Shown here piece by piece: positions 41,863 to 45,651 of a DNA stretch of 45,651 nt. The notes below the pieces were generated by a model that saw only the letters and a program-made list of their open reading frames with translations, was not told the origin of the DNA and searched no databases. Both the position numbers and the translations under genes were made by a program. How positions within the stretch are numbered: position 1 is the first letter of the stretch; each line of letters starts with the position of its first letter. Source of the stretch: an uncultured Methanosarcinales archaeon (lineage in GTDB: Archaea > Nanobdellota > Nanobdellia > Woesearchaeales > GW2011-AR9); assembly GCA_964464055.1 (NCBI GenBank), contig CAYXEO010000005.1, forward strand, positions 1 through 45,651. Direction: 5' to 3'.

Positions 41863-42318
41863 TTACCGCCGAGAGCATGAACTACATACTCCTTTGAATA
41901 TAATATCAACCGCCTCTGGTTGAAAATAAGTTTTGTCTGATTTGCTTGATCTGTTTGTTTGATTTAGTTTGTTCATTTTAATTGGTTTATTTGATTTGTT
42001 TAATTGATCTAAAGCATAAATACTAATTTCTTTTTGAAAAAAATCAAACACATGATAACATTTCCTACAAACACCGTGTTGATGGTAACTCATGTCAGAA
42101 TCATAACGAAATTCTTTATTAATTTCTAACCTCAAAATCTGATTTGCTTCAGCTAATGAATTCAAATTACGATAAACTGTTGCTAAAGTTATTTTTGGCA
42201 ACTTTTTTTTAACAGCTTGAAAAACCATCTCAGCAGTCGGATGACTTGTAACCGAACATAAATAATCATAAATTACTTTTCGTTGTTCAGTATTTCTTGT
42301 TTGTTTGTTTTGTTTCAT
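41863..42318 (-). CDS. Fur/PerR family regulator
   Basis: TEQR, HPTAE, LATVYRNL, HQHGVCRKC, CSSC. Confidence 0.9.
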   Translation of the reverse strand: MKQNKQTRNTEQRKVIYDYLCSVTSHPTAEMVFQAVKKKLPKITLATVYRNLNSLAEANQILRLEINKEFRYDSDMSYHQHGVCRKCYHVFDFFQKEISIYALDQLNKSNKPIKMNKLNQTNRSSKSDKTYFQPEAVDIIFKGVCSSCSRR

Positions 42319-42326
42319 TTTTTTGC

Positions 42327-42349
42327 TTAATAATAACCATTATTATTAA
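42327..42349. promoter_or_regulatory. Fur/Per-box-like inverted repeat
   Basis: TTAATAATAA-CCA-TTATTATTAA between the TATA box (42354-42361) and the ATG. Confidence 0.65.
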
Positions 42350-42491
42350 ATAATATATAAACTTGTCTAGTTTGTGCTTTTTTTTCTAACTTTTTTGCAC
42401 ATCTAACAACATTCACCACTTTTAAAACAAGACAAAACTATAAATAAATAAAATGTATTAAATGATATTAAGTATATAATAAAATAATAAA

Positions 42492-43400
42492 ATGGCAATC
42501 AAAAAAAGAGAAACCCTTTTCCAAGAAAGTTGGGAAATTTTGAAAAAGAATAAAATCTTATTCGTCCCTAACGCTTTAATCCTGTTCACAAACATTTTGC
42601 TGGTTTGGATACTGCTCCTCATCAGCGGATTGTGGTCTACTTTTGTAAATAATGAATATGTTGCCCTTACAGATTCTCTTTTTACCATTACATTTATCTT
42701 TTATTTCCTGCTCTATTTTTTCATTTCCGCTTTCATAGACAACTTTTTTATCACCATGAAGTATGGATTAATTAAAGACATCTTGCTCAAAAAAAAAACT
42801 TGCCTAAGTAACGGAGTCAAATTCGCTAAAGAAAATTATTTTAGAACTGTCGGCATCCACATTTTAAGTTATTTAATCATCTTCGTACCAATGATCCTTT
42901 TAGGAATTGTGTTGTTTCTCCTTTTACCAATCGGTAGTTTTGTAGCAAATATGTTTTTTATCCCGCTTGCAATGGTGTACTTCATTTACATGGGAATTAG
43001 ACTCTTGTACGTGTTCCCTGTGATGACGTTTGAAAAGAAAGGCGCTTACAATTCACTAAAAAAAGATTTCCATTTCGTTAAAGCACACGCCCAACATACA
43101 ATTTTAACTTGGTTAATTGTCATAGGGGTTACTTTTTTCCTTTCTATTATCAAAGAAAACGCCATCCAGACCAGCGAATTTCTTTTCCGACAACTTTATG
43201 TTATCGGGCTTTTGGTCCTGGCCTTCATCTTCGCTCTAGAATTCATGGTCGCTGTTTGGGAACATGTCTTCATCTTCAAAAGCTATCTTGTAGCTAAGAA
43301 AGGTCGAAAGAACGTAGTGAAGAAAATTAATAAGAAGAAAGTTGTTAAGAAGAAAGTGAAAAAAGAAGATAAGAGAAAAAATAGAAATAAAGCAGATTAA
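42492..43400 (+). CDS. Multi-TM membrane protein with Lys-rich tail
   Basis: About 6 hydrophobic segments. Confidence 0.8.
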   Translation: MAIKKRETLFQESWEILKKNKILFVPNALILFTNILLVWILLLISGLWSTFVNNEYVALTDSLFTITFIFYFLLYFFISAFIDNFFITMKYGLIKDILLKKKTCLSNGVKFAKENYFRTVGIHILSYLIIFVPMILLGIVLFLLLPIGSFVANMFFIPLAMVYFIYMGIRLLYVFPVMTFEKKGAYNSLKKDFHFVKAHAQHTILTWLIVIGVTFFLSIIKENAIQTSEFLFRQLYVIGLLVLAFIFALEFMVAVWEHVFIFKSYLVAKKGRKNVVKKINKKKVVKKKVKKEDKRKNRNKAD

Positions 43401-43410
43401 ACAAAGTGCC

Positions 43411-45651
43411 TTACAACTTCTTTCCTTTCAACAACAAACTATTTGTGATTACACTGACACTAGACATGGCCATAGCACCACCAGCGATCATCGGGTTTAA
43501 CATCCAACCCGTCCAATGATATAATACTCCGGCAGCAATAGGAATGCCTAAACTGTTGTAAAACAAAGCCCAAAACATGTTCTGCCTAATTTTGCTCATG
43601 GTTAACTTGCTCAATTTTATCGCCTTGGAAATGTCTAATAAACTGTCCCGCATTAAAACTATGTTCCCTGATTCCATGGCCACATCTGTCCCACTACCCA
43701 TCGCAATCCCAATATCTGCCTGAGCTAACATCGGTGCATCATTAATTCCATCACCAACAGCGGCAACTTTGCCATTTCTAACTAATCGTTGTAACTTTTT
43801 GACATGCTTAGATTTCTCTGCCGGTAACACTTCTGCAAAACAATTCTTTATCCCTACTTTATTTGCGATGGCCGCCGCAGTTCTTTTATTGTCACCAGTG
43901 ATCATGTAAACTTTAAGCCCCATCCGCTGTAATTTCTTAATCGCTAACGGTGAATCTTTCTTAATCTCATCAGCAACAGCGATTAACCCTAAACATTTCT
44001 TACCTTCTGCTAAAACCATTACTGTCTTCCCTTCAGTCTCCAATTGTTCAATTTGTTTTTTTAAATAACTAAGCGTAACCTTTCGTTCCTGCATTAATTT
44101 AAGGTTTCCTAAATGATATGTTCTAGTGCCTAATTTTGCCTGTACTCCTTTCCCCACTATTGCTTTGAACCCCTTAACTTTTTTCCATTTAACATTTTCC
44201 TTTTTCGCTTTGTTAACGATCGCTTCCGCCAATGGATGTTCAGAATTCTTTTCAATACTTCCAGCTAACTCCAACAATTTATTTTCAGTTATTTTTGTTT
44301 TACCAATTTCAAACCCCGTACTTACCACCACATCTGTAACTTCAGGTTTCCCTTTAGTAATTGTCCCGGTTTTGTCAAACACTACACACTTTAATTTGTG
44401 AGCAGTTTCCAAGGCATCACCGCCCTTGATCAAAATTCCTTCTTTAGCACCTTTACCAGTACCCACCATGATCGCTGTTGGTGTTGCTAAACCTAATGCA
44501 CAAGGACAAGCAATCACTAATACCGCTACAGCAGCAATTAAAGCAAACCCTACCTCGGCATGAACAAGAGAAAACCAAACCACGAAAGTTAAAAGAGCAA
44601 TAAAAATCACGATTGGTACAAAATAAGCAGAAACATTATCTGCAAACCTTTGAATCGGCGCTTTTTTGGTTTGTGCATCTTCAATTAATTTGATAATTCT
44701 TGACAATGTTGTTTCCGTACCAACTTTTGTTGCTTTAAATTTGAAACTACCAACTTTATTAATTGTTGAACCAATTACTGTATCACCTTTCTTTTTTTCT
44801 ACCGGGATACTTTCCCCAGTAACCAACGATTCGTCAACACTAGAATTTCCCTGTATAATTTGTCCGTCAACAGGGATTTTTTCTCCAGGTTTAACCAAAA
44901 TTAAGTCTTCTTTTTTTAGCTCGTCAATGGAAACTTTTACTTCTTGGCCATTTTTGATTACGGTCGCAGTTTTTGCACCCATTTTCATCAATTTAGAAAT
45001 TGCCGTACTGGTTTTACCTTTTGCTACCGCTTCTAAATATTTACCGAAAACAACTAAAGTTATTAGTACCGCACTTGCTTCAAAATATTGATGCCCAGAC
45101 ACAGCAAATAAAACTACATAAACAGAATAAAAGTAAGCTGCACTAGTGCCCATGGCTACCAAAGTATCCATGTTAGCAGTTTTATTTTTTAATGCTGCAA
45201 AAGCCCCTTGATAAAAAAATTTTCCAATATAAAATTGGATCGGTGTCGCTAATGCCCACATAATATAATCTTGAATTGGAGCTGGAAACAAAGGAGTTTT
45301 CATAAAAAACATTCCTAAAATGAATGCAGGTACAGCAAAAATCGCGCTCAGAAAAACTTTGAACTTTAATTTCTGTAACTCTTTTTTTTGCTTTTTTGAT
45401 TCCAAATTGAGATCATGCTCATGAGCAACATACCCCCTAAACCCTTTCTTTTTTATGGTATTTATTAGTTTTTTTTCATCAGTTGATTTTAGATCAAATT
45501 CTATCATCGCTTTTTCAGTAGCAAAATTCACATTAGCTGACTTAACACCTTTCTCTTTCTGTAAAGCTTTATCTAATACCGCCACACAACTTTGACAATG
45601 CATCCCTTTGATTTTTATGGTTGTTTTCTTGGTTGTTTTCTTGGTTGTTTT
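43411..45651 (-). CDS. copA: Cu(I)-type P1B ATPase (5' end beyond window)
   Basis: [38 protein letters not shown]; frame open to the window edge. Confidence 0.93.
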   Translation of the reverse strand, partial: KTTKKTTKKTTIKIKGMHCQSCVAVLDKALQKEKGVKSANVNFATEKAMIEFDLKSTDEKKLINTIKKKGFRGYVAHEHDLNLESKKQKKELQKLKFKVFLSAIFAVPAFILGMFFMKTPLFPAPIQDYIMWALATPIQFYIGKFFYQGAFAALKNKTANMDTLVAMGTSAAYFYSVYVVLFAVSGHQYFEASAVLITLVVFGKYLEAVAKGKTSTAISKLMKMGAKTATVIKNGQEVKVSIDELKKEDLILVKPGEKIPVDGQIIQGNSSVDESLVTGESIPVEKKKGDTVIGSTINKVGSFKFKATKVGTETTLSRIIKLIEDAQTKKAPIQRFADNVSAYFVPIVIFIALLTFVVWFSLVHAEVGFALIAAVAVLVIACPCALGLATPTAIMVGTGKGAKEGILIKGGDALETAHKLKCVVFDKTGTITKGKPEVTDVVVSTGFEIGKTKITENKLLELAGSIEKNSEHPLAEAIVNKAKKENVKWKKVKGFKAIVGKGVQAKLGTRTYHLGNLKLMQERKVTLSYLKKQIEQLETEGKTVMVLAEGKKCLGLIAVADEIKKDSPLAIKKLQRMGLKVYMITGDNKRTAAAIANKVGIKNCFAEVLPAEKSKHVKKLQRLVRNGKVAAVGDGINDAPMLAQADIGIAMGSGTDVAMESGNIVLMRDSLLDISKAIKLSKLTMSKIRQNMFWALFYNSLGIPIAAGVLYHWTGWMLNPMIAGGAMAMSSVSVITNSLLLKGKKL
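45618..45651. repeat. 12-bp tandem repeat encoding KKTT
   Basis: TGGTTGTTTTCT about 3 times. Confidence 0.8.

Overview
AT-rich archaeal chromosome segment, most consistent with a DPANN (Woesearchaeota-like) genome. This is inferred from archaeal DnaG, PCNA, Hef, S19e/L39e/L31e/L35Ae, TATA-box promoters with frequently leaderless genes, and a bacterial-type GyrA. Most of the window is housekeeping: dnaG, gyrA, scpB, tRNA-Leu, Rqc2/NFACT, trpS, YlqF-like GTPase, hef, RNase J, PCNA, a MutS-like ATPase, a PerR-rubrerythrin-desulfoferrodoxin operon and CopA. Five things stand out. (1) The left edge (1-1365) looks like the tail of an integron-like attC cassette array, and each cassette is additionally closed by long-range inverted repeats. 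(2) Two promoter-driven non-coding transcripts lie upstream of dnaG: a ~350-nt structured leader, and a ~60-nt sRNA carrying two anti-Shine-Dalgarno motifs. (3) The intein at the GyrA catalytic Tyr contains an in-frame UGA. (4) A 69-bp promoter/operator element is shared by the ORF6N-hef operon and the MutS-like gene. (5) A 5.8-kb cluster of paralogous membrane proteins carries a peptidoglycan-binding-like domain and a glycosyltransferase fusion. All calls come from reading motifs by eye; no database search was run.
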